Shown here: piece by piece, positions 63,804 to 64,000 of the stretch
Layout of the letters: every line of letters begins with the position of its first letter
How positions within the stretch are numbered: the stretch's first letter is position 1
Source: Silvanigrellaceae bacterium
GTDB lineage: Bacteria > Bdellovibrionota_B > Oligoflexia > Silvanigrellales > Silvanigrellaceae
Length of the DNA: 64,000 nucleotides
Assembly (NCBI GenBank): GCA_044376695.1
Contig: JBILKM010000007.1
Span: 10,752-74,751 of the forward strand
Direction of reading: 5' to 3'
Notes under the pieces: model-generated
Database searches by the model: none
The model's input: the letters and a program-made list of their open reading frames with translations, nothing else
What the model was told of the DNA's origin: nothing
Program-made: the position numbers and the translations under genes

Positions 63804-64000
63804 CCGATTTCACAAGAGCCCCAAGAAGAGCAAAAGTGCAGCGCCAAACGAAAGAAACTCAGATTACGGTTGAACTTGATCTTAACCCCGCGCCAGGCTT
63901 TTCGCAGGGTAAAGTGTCAACTGGGATTGGTTTCTTTGATCACATGCTCGAGGCTTTTGCGAAGCACTCGGGAGTTTTTCTTGCAGTCGATTGTGTTGGA
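63800..64000 (+). CDS. hisB: Imidazoleglycerol-phosphate dehydratase (3' end cut by window edge)
   Basis: ATGA overlap with hisC. Hand translation gives [30 protein letters not shown]...[19 protein letters not shown]. The frame is open to the window end. Confidence 0.93.
   Translation, partial: MTDFTRAPRRAKVQRQTKETQITVELDLNPAPGFSQGKVSTGIGFFDHMLEAFAKHSGVFLAVDCVG

Noticed and set aside
1-64000. I scanned the window for mobile elements, integrases, toxin-antitoxin pairs, restriction-modification or other defence systems, CRISPR arrays, and tRNA or rRNA genes.
   Set aside because: None was recognised. Intergenic regions are short and gene content is core-like (ribosomal, flagellar, his, envelope). 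tRNA absence was judged by eye only and should be confirmed with tRNAscan.

Overview
Gene-dense chromosomal segment of about 50% GC with roughly 62 CDS, from a polar-flagellated Gram-negative bacterium. The RpoA, flagellar and FlhF/FlhG signatures look deltaproteobacterial or Bdellovibrionota-like, but this is tentative. All family calls rest on motif recognition by eye; no database search was possible.

Contents in order:
1. 1-5.3 kb: the 3' end of the spc/alpha ribosomal operon (secY-adk-infA-rpmJ-rpsM-rpsK-rpsD-rpoA-rplQ), closed by a tandem terminator array.
2. 5.5-8.3 kb: an RlmM-like methyltransferase and a histidine ammonia-lyase whose MIO triad reads Ala-Cys-Gly.
3. 8.4-13.5 kb: two abutting giant orphan membrane proteins.
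4. 13.5-18.9 kb: an OMP-lipoprotein-phosphohexomutase-SDR operon.
5. 19-22.6 kb: an adenosine-deaminase-like gene, an orphan, a GYF-PilZ protein and a small secreted protein.
6. 22.6-45.6 kb: a large flagellar region. It contains a 17-gene minus-strand superoperon (fliL-M-N-O-P-Q-R-flhB-A-F-G-fliA-cheY, then a PilZ-like gene, a DUF2802-like gene and two OmpA-type OMP paralogues), a plus-strand DUF455/ATP-grasp fusion, and flgG-A-H-I plus a rod-binding gene.
7. 45.8-59.6 kb: housekeeping and envelope genes (hydrolase, ABC-F, nucleosidase-like, TrmJ-like, GT39, lipoproteins, ALDH).
8. 59.7-64 kb: a his operon beginning with a fused hisZ-hisG, followed by hisD, hisC and partial hisB.

I found no rRNA or tRNA genes, CRISPR arrays, transposases, integrases or recognisable defence genes. 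This looks like core genome. The most interesting items are unusual architectures rather than a mobile island.
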